DNA of 41,290 nucleotides from Chiloscyllium plagiosum (GCF_004010195.1 NC_057720.1:16518431-16559720); one strand, 5' to 3'. Counted from the stretch's first letter, positions 1 to 11,465 are shown. The notes: generated by a model from the sequence alone, not told the origin. Translations and numbers: made by a program.

Positions 1-270
1 GATCCACGCCTTAAGTTCACCCACCTTATTTCTGATACTCCTTGCGTTGAAGGATACACACTTGAATCCATCTCTGTGTCTGCAAGTATTCCCAGTCAGT
101 GCTACCTTCTCCACAGCCTCCCTACATTCTTGGACATCCTGACAAACAGCTAGTCTACTTGCTGGACTACAAGTCCGGATCCCATCCCCCTCCCAAATTA
201 GTTTAAACACCCCCCCCCGAAGATAGCTAGCAAACCAACCCCCAGGATATTGGTGCCCTTCTGGTTCCAC
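1..270 (-). mobile_element. CR1-type LINE fragment (ORF1 end / ORF1-ORF2 junction), runs off window start
   Basis: Minus strand reads GAACCAGAAGGGCACCAATATCCTGGG...GTTTAAACTAATTTGGG, matching the ORF1 C-terminal pattern of the minus-strand CR1 at ~27720-27800. Confidence 0.6.
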
Positions 271-545
271 GTATGGAGTCAGCTATTACGAGGGAGCATA
301 GCTTTAAATTAAGGGGTGGTAGGTATAGGACACATGTTAGGGGTAGGTTCTTTACTCAGCGAGTCGTGAGTTCATGGAATGCCCTGCCAGTAGCAGTGGT
401 GGACTCTCCCTCTTTATGGGCATTTAAACGGGCATTGGATAGGCATATGGAGGATAGTGGGCTAGTGTAGGTTAGGTGGGCTTGGATTGGCGCAACATCG
501 AGGGCCAAAGGGCCTGTACTGCGCTATATTCTTCTATGTTCTATG
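271..545 (+). mobile_element. CR1 LINE 3' end (ORF2 C-terminus plus tail)
   Basis: ORF 273-470 has FFTQRVVSSWNALP...FKRALD, the CR1 ORF2 C-terminal motif. It ends in a short repeat tail TTCTATGTTCTATG. Confidence 0.9.
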
Positions 546-789
546 AAACTGAACTATACATTTCTAAAATACCTACCTATCAGGATAAAGATTTAGTACA
601 ATAATTGATCGATCACTTCTCGAAAACATCCAACAATGTACAATTAGAATACGGAAACAGAGAAACACATTCATTCATTCTCTTTAGTTTTATTCAGTAT
701 TTTTCTCCAAAATGTGTTCTGAAACTAAAGTAACATGAACTAGGTGACAATTTTAGAAAAAAATCAAGGACAAAATTTAAAAGTGTAAT

Positions 790-1084
790 GTGGATGACTA
801 GAAAGCTAACAAAAAGGGAAAAGATTGATTGTCAAAGTAAATTGGCAAGAAATTTAAAAACAAAAAGTAGCTTCTATAGGTATAGAGAAAGAGCAGCAAA
901 ATTGAGTGTGGTAATCTTGGAGGATGCAATTGTGGAAATAATAATAAAGAACAGGGAAAGGGCAGATAAACAATATTTTGCATTGGTCTTCACGATGGAA
1001 GATTCTATAAACATCCCAAAATGTCTGAAAAATAGCCGATAAAAGGAGGAAAGGTTTTGTAGCAGTCTCTATGACAAAAAAAAC
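790..1084 (+). mobile_element. Old CR1 ORF2 fragment (EN-RT linker)
   Basis: KLARNLKTKSSFYRY...QYFALVFT resembles LANRIKENPKGFYKY...EYFASVFT in the younger CR1 copies in this window. Confidence 0.75.
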
Positions 1085-1087
1085 TGT

Positions 1088-1431
1088 TGTTATGGACCAA
1101 ACCAGATTCCGCCAGCCCCAAGTATACCATTGAGATAGCCTAGACCTTAATGTTTACATATTTTTTTAAAAAGTATAAAGGCACGGTGTGCCAGATATGA
1201 CTCAACTGGCCCACCACTAAGCTTTAATCAAAACACACGTTATTCTTGTGACACAGTTAAATGCAACAAAAGAAAGAATTGATGCAAGTTTATTCTATGG
1301 AAATACTTAACAAGATAACATATTATTTAACGACTCACCATTCTATATTGGAACAGATGATAAAGTATCCCATAAACAGAGCCTTGGCAAAGGCAATTCA
1401 GCAACACATTTATACAGTTATCATTCTCACA
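1088..1431. mobile_element. Solo-LTR-like element, part 1 (continues at 2547-2740 and ~5911-5983)
   Basis: Starts TGTTATGGACC and a later piece ends ...CACTGTGACA (5983), giving TG...CA ends. It is split by a PLE (1432-2534, TSD-flanked) and probably by a CR1 (2741-5910). No clean TSD found for the LTR itself. Confidence 0.5.
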
Positions 1432-1967
1432 GTTAAAAATCACAACACCAGGTTACAGTCCAACAGGTTTATTTGAAAGCACTAGCTTTCAGAGCACAGC
1501 TCCTTCATTGGGTGGTTGTGGAGAATAAGATTTTAAGACACAGAATTTGCAAAAGTTTACATTGTGATGTAACTAAAATTATGTATTAAAAAGACCCGGA
1601 TTGTTTGTTAAGTCTCTCATCTTTTAGAATGATGTTAGTATCAGTTCTTTCATATGTAAATTGCAAATTTTTTATAAAAAGTTACATTCTCAAGTGCACT
1701 TTAACAATTGGTGCCGTGTCAGCCCAGACAAGATATTGAAGGTGTTAACTCCCTGTCAGACTGATGTTAATCTTAAAAAAAAAGGATTTGCAGAATCTTA
1801 TATGGATTCATGCAGTTTTTCAGCAAACTAAAATGTAATGCTGCAAGTACAAATTAGTCCCACAGACTTATATGTGTTTGTGTGCACACATGTGTGCGCG
1901 GGGGTTGATATGAGTGTCTGTGAGAGGGTGTGTGTATGTGTGCAAGTGAGCGTGTAAAGGGGTTTAG

Positions 1968-2008
<41 letters not shown>

Positions 2009-2534
2009 CTGACTGGTGCAATGGGTTCACCTGTAGTGTGATATGAACCCATGGTCCCAGTTGAGCCATCCCCATGGATATCAAGCTTGACTGTCAGCCT
2101 CTGCTCAGCTACTTTGCATTGGTGTCAGTCCCAAAGTCCACCTTGGAGGACACTCACCCAAAGGTCTGAGGTTGAATGCCCCAGACTGCTGGCTGAGCAG
2201 AGGCTGATAGCCAAGTTCGGTACCCACAGGATGGCCTCAACTAGGATCTTGGGTTCATGTCACAGTATCGGTGACCCCATTGCACCACACACACACAGAA
2301 TTAAACCCCTTAACACTCTCGCAGTCACTCATAACTTGCACTCCCCCACCCACCACATACACAAGTTTGTGGAGTGAATTTCTACTTGCAGAATTACATT
2401 TTACTTTGCTCAAAAACTGCATAATTCCATGTAAGATTCAAAAGCTAGTGCTTCCAATAAACCTGTTGGACTATAAACCTGGTGCATGATTTTTAACTTT
2501 GTACACCCTAGTCCAACACCGGTGTCTCCAAATC
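1432..2534. mobile_element. Penelope-like element (family B), fold-back: left arm minus, right arm plus
   Basis: Inverted termini TTAAAAATCACAACACCAGGTTACAGTCCAACAGGTTTATT / AATAAACCTGTTGGACTATAAACCTGGTG...ATTTTTAA. GIY-YIG C-terminal remnants on both strands (AEQRLIAKFGTH at ~2191-2230 plus; HSTSDLWVSVLQGGL..VAEQRL minus). TSD ATCATTCTCACA/ATCGTTCTCACA (1420-1431 / 2535-2546). Mutated hammerhead at ~1480-1514 minus. Confidence 0.85.
1971..2004 (+). repeat. (AG)n microsatellite inside PLE
   Basis: Perfect AG dinucleotide run of about 17 units. Confidence 0.98.
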
Positions 2535-2740
2535 ATCGTTCTCACAAGCTACCTCTCCAGTCCACAAGAAAAATCTGACCCTTTTGATTGTAAAAAGGAA
2601 GTCTTGCTGATTAAGACTTCACTCTGGCAGTAGAGAACTCAAGCTTTTAGCTCCTGAAGCCAGCAAAAACCACCAACTAAGTGATAGCAAAACTAAAAGC
2701 CTTCCTGGGCCTCTGTGAGCCCTCACACTCGTGATTCTTT

Positions 2741-5528
2741 GAGTCAAACAGTCAGGGTAGACAGGGACAAGGTAGTACTAATAAATTAAACTGCATTTAT
2801 TTCAATGCAAGGGGCCTAACAGGGAAGGCAGATGAACTCAGGGCCATGGTTAGGAACATGGGACTGGGGTATCATAGCAATTACGGAAACATGGCTCAGG
2901 GATGGGCAGGACTGGCAGCTTAATGTTCCAGGAAGGATAGAAAGTGAGGCGAGAGAGGGGAGGGAGAGTGGCATTTCTGATCAGGGATAGCATTACAGCT
3001 GTGCTGAGGGAGAATATTCCCAGAAATGCATCTAGGAAAGTTATTTGGGTGGAACTGAGAAATAAGAAAGGGATGATAACCTTATTGGGATTGTATTATA
3101 GACCCCCTAATAGTCAGAGGGAAATTGAGAAACAAACTTGGAAGGAGATATCAGCTATCTGTAAAAATAATAGGATGGTTATGGTAAGGGATTTTAACTT
3201 TCCAACATAGACTGGGACTGCCATAGTGTTAAGGGTTTAGACGGAGAGGAATTTGTTAAGTGCATACTAAACAAATTTCTGAATCATTATGTGGATGTAC
3301 CTACGAGAGAAGGTGCAAAACTTGACCTAGTCTTAGGAAAGAAGGCAGGGCAGGTGACTGAGGTGTCAGTGAAGGAGCACTTTGGGGCCAGCGAGCAGAA
3401 TTCTGTTAGATTTAAAATAATGATGGAAAAGGATAGACCAGATCTAAAAGGTGTAATTCTAAATTAGAGAAACGCCAATTTTGATGATATTGGGCAAGAA
3501 CTTTCAAAAGCTGATTGGGGGCAGATGTTCATAGGTTAAAGCGACGGCTGGAAAATGGGAAGCCTTCAGACATGAGATAACGAGAATCCAGAGGAAGTAT
3601 ATTCCTGTTTCGGGTGAAGGGAAAGGCTGGTAGGTACAGGGAATGCTGGATGACAAGAAATTGAGGGTTTGGTTAGGAAAAAGGAGGAAGCATATGTTAG
3701 GTATAGACAGGATAGATCGAGTGAATCCTCAGAACAGTATAAAAGGAAGTAGGAGTATACTTAAGAGGGAAATCAGGAGGGCAAAAAGGGGACATGAGAT
3801 AGCTTTGGCAAATAGAATTAAGGAGAATCCAAAGGGTTTCTACAAATATATTAAGGACAAAAGGGTAACTAGGGAGAGAATAGGGCCCCTCAAAGATCAG
3901 CAAGGCAGTCTTTGTGTGGAGCCGCAGAAAATGGGGGATGATACTAAATGAGTATTTTGCATCAGTATTTACTATGGAAAAGGATATGGAAGATATAGAT
4001 TGTAGGGAAATAGATGATGACATCTTGCAAAATGTCCAGATTACAGAGGAGGAAGTGCTGGACGTCTTGAAATGGTTAAAGGTGGATAAATCCCCAGGAA
4101 CTGATCAGGTGTACCCGAGAACTCTGTGGGAAGCTAGAGAAGTGATTGCTGAGCCTCTTGCTGAGAAATCCATATCATCGATAGTCAAGGTAAGGTGCCG
4201 GAAGACTGGAGGTTGGCAAACGTAGTGCCACTGTTTAAGAAGAGTGGCAAGGACAAGCCAGGGAACTATAGACCAGTGAGCCTGACCTCGGTGGTGGGCA
4301 AGTTGTTGGAGGGAATCCTGAGGGACAGGATGTACATGTACTTGGAAAGGCAGGGATTGATTAGGGATAGTCAACATGGCTTTGTGCATGGGAAATCATG
4401 TCTCACAAACTTGATGAGTTTTTTGAAGAAGTAACAAAGAAGATTGATGAGGACAGAGCAGTAGATGGGATCTATATGGACTTCAGTAAGGCGTTTGACA
4501 AGGTTCCCCATGGGAGACTGATTAGCAAGGTTAGATCTCACAAATACAGGGAGAACTAGCCATTTGGATAGAGAACTGGCTCAAAGGTAGAAGACAGAGG
4601 GTGGTGGTGGAGGGTTGCTTTTCAGACTGGAGGCCTGTGACCAGTGGAGTGCCACAAGGATCGGTGCTGGGCCCTCTACTTTACATAAATGATTTGGATG
4701 CGAGCACAAGAGGTACGGTTAGTAAGTTTGTCGATGACACCAAAATTGGAGGTGTAGTGGACAGCGAAGAGGGTTACCTCAGATTACAACAGGATCTGGA
4801 CCAGATGGGCCAATGGGGCCGAGAAGTGGCAGATGGAGTTTAATTCAGGTAAATGCGAGATGTTGCATTTTGGGAAAACAAATCTTAGCAGGACTTATAC
4901 ACTTAATGGTAAGGTCCTAGGGAGCGTTGCTAAACAAAGAGACCTTGGAGTGCAGGTTCATAGCTCCTTGAAAGCGGAGTCACAGGTAGAGTATTGAGGA
5001 GAGGAGTTGGGAGGTCATGTTGCAGCTGTACAGGACATTGGTTAGGCCACTGTTGGAATACTGCATGCAATTCTGGTCTCCTTCCCATAGGAAAGATATT
5101 GTGAAACTTGAAAGGGTTCAGAAAAGATTTACAAGGATGTTGCCAGGGTTGGAGGATTTGAGCTATAGGGAGAGACTGAACAGGCTGGGGCTGTTTTCCC
5201 TGGAACGTCAGAGGCTGAGGTATGACCTTACAGAGGTTTACAAATTTATGAGGGGCATTGATAGGGTAAATAGGCAAAGTCTTTTCCCTGGGGTGGGGGA
5301 GTCCAGAACTAGAGGGCATAGGTTTAGGGTGAGGGGGGAAAAATACAAAAGAGACCTAAGGGGCAATCTTTTCACACAGAGGATGGTACAGGTATGGAAT
5401 GAGCTGCCAGAGGATGTGGTGGAGGCTGGTACAATTGTAATATTTAAGAGGCATTTGGACGGGTATATGAATAGGAAGGGCTTGGAGGATATAGGCCGGG
5501 TGCTGGCAGGTGGGACTAGATTGGTTTG
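2741..5528 (+). mobile_element. CR1 LINE, near-complete ORF2 (APE endonuclease plus RT), frameshifted
   Basis: [75 protein letters not shown]-terminus: LERVQKRFTRMLPGL...WNELP. Multiple stops, frameshifts and small deletions. Confidence 0.95.
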
Positions 5529-5759
5529 GAAATTGAAAATTTTTACATTTGCCCAGAAACTGATAGCGACATTTCAAAAATTAAAAATCTAATTTAAATC
5601 TACATGAGCAGTGTGTGATGGAGATGACTGGTTCAAGTGATGTGTTGGATTGATTGATGGATATCAGTTGATTCAAAGTAATTGCGTCTGCAGCAAGTGA
5701 TTGTACCTTGAAGACATTTCAGCTTAATTGACGAGCTAGAATTCAAGCTTCTGAAACTG

Positions 5760-5910
5760 ACAATTGTAATATTTGGACGGGTGTATGAATAGGAAAGGTT
5801 TGGAGGGATATGGGCCGGGTGCTAGCTGGGACTAGATTGGGTTGGTATATCTGGTCGGCATGGACGGGTTGGGCCGAAGGGTCTGTTTCCATGCTGTACA
5901 TCTCTGTGAT
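5760..5910 (+). mobile_element. Second copy of CR1 3' end/tail
   Basis: Repeats ~5431-5527 (ACAATTGTAATATTT...GGGACTAGATTGG) and completes the tail GGCCGAAGGGTCTGTTTCCATGCTGTACATCTCTGTGA. Confidence 0.85.
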
Positions 5911-6039
5911 GATGAAAAACACATCCAGGGAGAACTCAAAGCTGTTTACCTGTCTAAAGGAGACATTTCGCACCACTGTGACAACACCCCCTCTGCAAGA
6001 AAAACAGGACAGAACTTGGCTCTTAAAGACACAGTATTA

Positions 6040-6190
6040 TTGCAGGATCCAGCTGCCGCACTGTATTTGGATTTCCAAGTGGCAGTCAATAACACGCCAC
6101 ATAGAAGGTGTTTGCACAAGATATTGACAGTAATGTACTGACATGATTCAGGATTGGTTAACAAAAATAAGACAGCGAGAACAATTTATG
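6040..6190 (+). mobile_element. Ancient CR1 RT remnant
   Basis: LYLDFQVAVNNTPHRRCLHKI resembles the CR1 motif YLDFxKAFDKVPHxRLLxK. Confidence 0.65.
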
Positions 6191-7030
6191 TCATGAAAGA
6201 AGTGGGGAGAAAGATATGTGTAGAGGAGAATATTATAGGTGTAAAGTTGAATGAGGGTGGATAGAATATCATAGGATGGCACTAGTTGGTGTTGATAGGG
6301 CACGGGCGTTGTGTGAGAAATAAAGGAGGTATAAGTGTTGAAAGCAAAATTTGATTTTATTAGTCTCCAGCACATGGAGACAGTTTACAACCTACCTGCA
6401 TCCTCAGCCCACAACCTCTGCTCTTTCCCCAGGGACGCCCCATACCAACAAAAATCAGTCTTCCAGGGCTATTTATTCAGCCAGGAAATATCCCATATGT
6501 ACACTCTTGACTCAGGAGAAAAGCTCTGGGTCTAAACCCCAAGGGCACAGTTCTTAGCCATACAACTAATGATAAATTTATATTCTTAAATATGCTAAGG
6601 ACTTTTGAGAATTCTCAAACTTTTAATGGGCTTGTAGGAAAATGTACTTGTCAGGCCTTATCTCTACCGTGCTGAAATAACTACTTGAAAGACTGTGATG
6701 CTTTACTTCATTTAAGTCCCTTCCTTAAATAAAACTCTAATCCTTAAAGTTCAAAATGAAATCCATCATAATGGCTTACCAGAAATCCAAAACATGCACA
6801 ATTCACCATCATAGTCACAAATTGACATGGATGCTACATTTGCAGGAAATGTTCTCCCCATGTGGTGTTACAACAAACAAATGCAACCTTCATCTTATTT
6901 CCCAGAGATGCATGTATCAACAAAGCACACAGTTCAGCAGGTTACATTTACATCAGATCACCTTACAAAATACAGCAAACTGCTACCACAATGCCATCTT
7001 CAACATGGATACTTGCATAGGACTTCATGG

Positions 7031-7152
7031 CTTCAGGGTGTCCCAGAATGCTTTACAGCCAATTAAGTATGTACCAAAGTCACTGATGTAGCATAGGAAA
7101 TGCTGCAGCCAAACTATGTACAGCAAGGTCCCAAAGAAAAAGCAGTGATAAC
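7031..7152 (-). mobile_element. Deu-domain SINE remnant (SacSINE1/AmnSINE1-like)
   Basis: TCCCAGAATGCTTTACAGCCAATTAAGTA...GTCACTGATGTAGCATAGGAAATGCTGCAGCCAA..CAGCAAGGTCCCA resembles my recollection of the reverse-complemented Deu domain. Not database-checked. Confidence 0.6.
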
Positions 7153-8329
7153 TGCCTGCAAAGTTCAAACTGCAGCCTTGTCAACATCATATGTAAAGTC
7201 ATCACTTTAATTCCTCTAAACTTTTCAGGGTTTCTTGACATCAAAATATAATATTTTACACCTAACTTCACAAATTCATTTGCCTGTTCAATTATCTAGG
7301 TCACCTTGTTGTCTCCAACATCCCTTCTCAGAGTTTCCCCAGAGAATAAACTTGCTGTTGGCATCAAAAGCACCAAATCTCAATGCTCTCTTGGTAAAGT
7401 GGATGCAAAAGCAGTTGAATTGAAATAAATAGCAAAATCCAGAGGTGACAGAAACTTAAGACTCATCTCCAGAATCTGATATTATTTTGCAGGTAACAAT
7501 AACAAGGAAAACCTCCAACAAATTTACAAAACTAAAAGTTATTGTATTGAAGGTATACAAATTCATAACTTCATGCTGGTCTTCAAAATGATGATTATCT
7601 TTTGAATACCGTACACCTGGTAACATCTGACTACTCTTAAAGCAACTGGCCTTTAAAGGGAAGCTAAATAAGCATGAGGAAAACAATAGGAGGATATTCA
7701 GGCCAAATTTGATGATGATCAGGAGGCAGAGACTTGCATGGAGCAGTGAACAGTTGGGCTGAAATGCCTGTTTTAATGTTGTAGTGTCGCCTTTTGGTCC
7801 ATAAGAACATCATTCATGTCCATGTCAGTTGCCATGGAGCAATCCAGTCAGCCTCACTGCCCCTTGGCCTTGCAAGTTTACGTCTTTCAAGTGCCTCTTC
7901 TTAATTGGGAAAATTTTAGGAGACACTTGGAAGTAGATTTGAAAGCATTGAGAGAGCAAAATTTGAAAAAGAATGCATCACAGTGATACAGAAATCTGCT
8001 CTTGCCCCCTGCTATTTTTTTTTCCCAGTGATCGATTCTGTTCAGTGACAGCAACCCACCCAGCAGTGGCAGAAAGCCAATTAAATCGGTAATCAGCAGC
8101 AAATATCAAAAGGTAATGCATCAATCCTATGCTAGGTCAAAATCTTGAGTGGAAATGCAGTCTGAACATTTAATGAAACAAACCAAGTCTAAGGACATCT
8201 GCAGGAAAAGGTTTGCCATTGCAAGAGCACCACTTGGAATGACTCCTATGGTTAAGTTATTGTCTGCCATTTTGTTCTACTGTCCTTTAAAGAGTTAATC
8301 TCAGTAACTAAATAACACTCCAGAAGGCT

Positions 8330-8560
8330 AAAGTAAAACAAAGAGCTGCCTATGCTGGAGATGTGAAACAAACAAAAACAGAAACTAAAGAAACTCAGCA
8401 GATCTGGCTGCATCTACGGAAATAGAAACAGTTAATATTTCGAGTCCAGTGACCCTCAGTCACAACCAGTTCTGATGGGTCACTACACTCAAAATGGTAA
8501 CACAGATGCTGCCGGACCTGAGAGTTTCTCCACCAGCAATTTCTGTTTTTGTTTGTTTGA
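8330..8560. mobile_element. Degenerate fold-back pair of PLE terminal repeats
   Basis: Left arm AAACTCAGCAGATCTGGCTGCATCT...TTTCGAGTCCAGTGACCC is inverted relative to right arm GGGTCACTACACTCAAAA...AGATGCTGCCGGACCTG..GAGTTTCTCC. Confidence 0.75.
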
Positions 8561-9459
8561 CTGTGAAGACTGCCTGAGAACCAATAGTTCCTTCTTCCTC
8601 TTCAACATATCTACCACCCTTAATGGGATGGCTATACCAAGGCAGCCGAATTGGTGACCTTACAGAAATTTGAACTAAAAGACTGGTTTCTCCAAGAATT
8701 GGTATGATGCAGAAAGTTGTCCCAGCAACCAAAAATACTTTAAAGTTAGAAAATTCAACCTAGCATAAAACTTTAAAAGTATCATGTAAATATTTGACTC
8801 GAATAGTATAACCTGGAAAGATGATTAACAACAAATTCTGAAAACAATTTTACAAGAAAATTAAATAGAAATGTGAAACACACTGGTATACAACAGTATT
8901 CCAGCATCTCTCAAATGCTCCATGTCAGAAATACTGGCAAAGAAAAAAGTTAAAATATTTATGAAAAATTGTTACATTTCTTACATTTCTTTCAAGTTCT
9001 TTTCACTTGCTACTTCCGTCTCCTAGTCTCTTCTGATTGTTCACAATCTTGCTTTTTTTCACCAAAGCTATTTCTCCTCAGATGCACTGAGCTATCTGTC
9101 TTTTTCCAAGTCGAAAGAATTTGTCTGTAACTAAAAGGGATAAATCTTACAGCATTTCAACGAGATTCACTTCAACTAAATTTTTCATACTAAACAGTTC
9201 CACATTAACCATTTTGAAGCATTTGTTTTGCCACCTTCCTCACATTACTATAAGTACCAGCTTTAAAAAGGAATATATAAAATTTTGTCATGTCTTGCAA
9301 TCAAAGGAGGTCTCTGACCAGTGGAGTGTCACAAGGATCCGTGCTGGGTCCACTACTTTTCATCATTTATATAAATGGATGTGAGCATAAAAGAGGTACA
9401 GATAGCAAGTTTGCAAATGACACCAAAATTGGAGGTGTAGTTGGCAGCAAAGAAGATTA

Positions 9460-9562
9460 GAGCTGAAAATGTGTTGCTGGAAAAGCGCAGCAGGTCAGGC
9501 AGCATCCAAGGAACAGGAGAATCGACGTTTCAGGCATAAGCCCTTCTTCAGCCCTTTTTTCT
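9460..9562 (-). mobile_element. Short PLE-derived (family A) hammerhead-bearing insert
   Basis: 15-bp TSD CAGCAAAGAAGATTA (9445-9459 / 9563-9577). Minus strand CTGAAGA-A-GGGC-TTAT-GCCT-GAAA-CGTC. Confidence 0.88.
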
Positions 9563-10129
9563 CAGCAAAGAAGATTACCCCAGATTACAATGGGATCTTG
9601 ATCAGATGGGCCAATGGACTGAGGAGTGGCAGATGGAGTTCAATTTAGACAAAAGAGGTGCTAAATCTAGGGAAAGCAAATCTTAGCAGGACGTATACCC
9701 TTAATGGTAAGGTCCTAGGGAGTGTTGCTGAACAGACAGACCTTGGAATTCAGGTTCATAGCTCCTTGAAAGTAGAGTCGCAGATAGATAGTGAAGGCGG
9801 CATTTGGTGTGCTTTCCTTTATTGGTCAGAGTATTGAGTACAGGAGTTGGGAGGTCATGTTGCGGCTGCACAGCACATTGGTTCGGCCACTGTTGGAATA
9901 TTGCGTGCAATTCTGGTCTCCTTCCTATTGGAACAATGTTGTGAAACATGCAAGGATTCAGAAAAGATTTAAGGATGTTACCAGGGTTGGAGGATTTGAG
10001 CTATAGGGAGAGGTTGAACAGACTGGGGCTGTTTTCCCTGGAGCGTTGGAGGCTGAGGGGTGACGTTATCGAGGTTTCTAAAATCATGAGGGGCATGGAT
10101 AGGATAAACAGACAAAGTCTTTTCCCTTG

Positions 10130-10211
10130 TTGAAAAATGTGGTGCTGGAAAAAGACAGGCAGCATCCGAGGAGCAGGAGAATCGACGTTTTGGGTATTAG
10201 CCCTTCTTCAG
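10130..10211 (-). mobile_element. Short PLE-derived (family A) insert
   Basis: 16-bp TSD AAAGTCTTTTCCCTTG (10114-10129 / 10212-10227). Begins exactly at CTGAAGA. The GAAA box is mutated to AAAA. Confidence 0.88.
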
Positions 10212-10521
10212 AAAGTCTTTTCCCTTGGGTGGGGAAGTCCAGAACTAGAGGGCATAGGTTTAGTGCGAGAGGGGAAAGATATAAAAGAGATTTAAGGAGC
10301 AACATTGTCCATGCAGAGGGTGGTGTGTGTATGGAATGAGCTGCCAGATGAAGTGGTGGAGGCTACTACAAATGGGCCGGGAGCTGGCAGGTGGGACTAG
10401 ATTGGGTTGGGCTATCTGGTCGGCATGGACAAGTCGGACTGAAGGGTCTGTTTCCGTCCTGTACACCTCTATGACTCTAATTGATAAAGCAGCTTCAAAA
10501 TTTAAAATGAATTTGAATTCT

Positions 10522-10895
10522 AGTCTCCCTGCTGGATGTTGTGAAACTTGAAAAGGTGATTTACAAGGATCTTACCAGGGTTGAAGGGTTTAAGTTATAG
10601 GGAGAGGCTGAATAGTCTCCGAGTGCATGGGAGAAAGACTTAAAAGGGATTGAAGGGGCAACTTTTTCATGCACAGTGTGGTCCATGTTGGAATGAGCTG
10701 CAAGAGTAAGTGGAGGAGGCTAGTACAATTACAACAACATTTAAAAGGCACCTGGATGGGTATATGAAAAGGAAGGGTTTAAAGGGATATGGGCCAGGTG
10801 CTAGCGAATGGGATGAGAGGTTTTTTCCCCATATCTGATCAGCATGGAGTAGTTGAACCGCAGGGTCTGTTTCCAGCTGTTGCCTATGGATCTAA
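10522..10895 (+). mobile_element. Internally deleted CR1 3' fragment
   Basis: Similar to the CR1 3' ends at ~5070-5528 and ~25950-26470. Confidence 0.8.
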
Positions 10896-10924
10896 TACAT
10901 TAACTAGAATTTAACTATCTGTAA

Positions 10925-11330
10925 CTGCTTCAACAGCTTCCTCATTTCCCCTTCCCCCACCTCATCCTAGTTTCTAACCTCCAGCTCAACACTATCCCCT
11001 TGTCTTGTCCGGACTTGTCCGGCCTGCCCAGCTCCTTTTCCACCTATCCACTCCACCCTCTTCTCCCTGACCTATCACCTTCATCTCCTCCCCCACTGAC
11101 CTACTGTACTCTATGCTACTCTCTCCCCACCCCCACCCTCCTCTAGCTTATCTTTCCACGCTTCAGGCTCTCTGCCTTTATTCCTGATGAAGGGCTTTTG
11201 CCCGAAACGTCGATTTTGCCTGTCCTCAGATTTTGCCTGTCCTCGGATGCTGCCTGAATTGCTGTTCTCTTCCAGCACAACTAATCCAGAATCTGGTTTC
11301 CAGCATCTGCAGTCATTGTTTTTACCTCGT
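10925..11330 (+). mobile_element. PLE terminal repeat (family A) with intact hammerhead core
   Basis: C/T-rich stretch followed by TTCCTGATGAAGGGCTTTTGCCCGAAACGTCGAT and the family 3' motif GGATGCTGCCTG...CCAGCATCTGCAGTC. Confidence 0.88.
11181..11215 (+). ncRNA. Minimal type I hammerhead ribozyme motif (predicted cleavage after C11211)
   Basis: CUGAUGA (11184-11190), extra A, stem II GGGC/GCCC with UUUU loop, GAAA, palindromic ACGU and a GUC triplet. Short stem I UC/GA. Activity not shown. Confidence 0.75.
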
Positions 11331-11364
11331 TGATTTACTAATACTAACCAACTGTAAAAGATCA

Positions 11365-11465
11365 ATAATAAAACCAGAAATTGGAGATATTCAGCAGGTC
11401 TGGCAGCATCTGTGGAAAGCATTCAAAAGATACTATTTCACATTTAGTGACCCTTTTTCAGAATC
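11365..11465 (-). mobile_element. Degenerate PLE terminal repeat
   Basis: CAGCAGGTCTGGCAGCATCTGTGG...TTTC...GTGACCCTTTTTCAG, homologous to the left arm at ~8395-8460. Confidence 0.7.

Larger units (their letters stand above)
9310..10479 (+). mobile_element. CR1 LINE 3' portion (RT plus tail), same family as 2741-5528, with two PLE inserts
   Basis: High similarity to ~4630-5528. LVRPLLEYCVQFWSP motif. Tail ...GTACACCTCTATGACTCTA. Confidence 0.92.

Noticed and set aside
7300..7393. Plus-strand exon candidate (CTAAC branch-like site, AG...GT, open frames)
   Set aside because: The minus strand reads FDANSKF...NSEKGCWRQQGDLD...QMNL, which is better explained as an ancient CR1 RT remnant (FADDTK...RLQxDLD...WQMxF). 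The donor is also weak.
7456..7686. Minus-strand ORF with an acceptor-like site near 7652
   Set aside because: There is no recognisable protein similarity and no convincing donor. It cannot be supported without transcript data.
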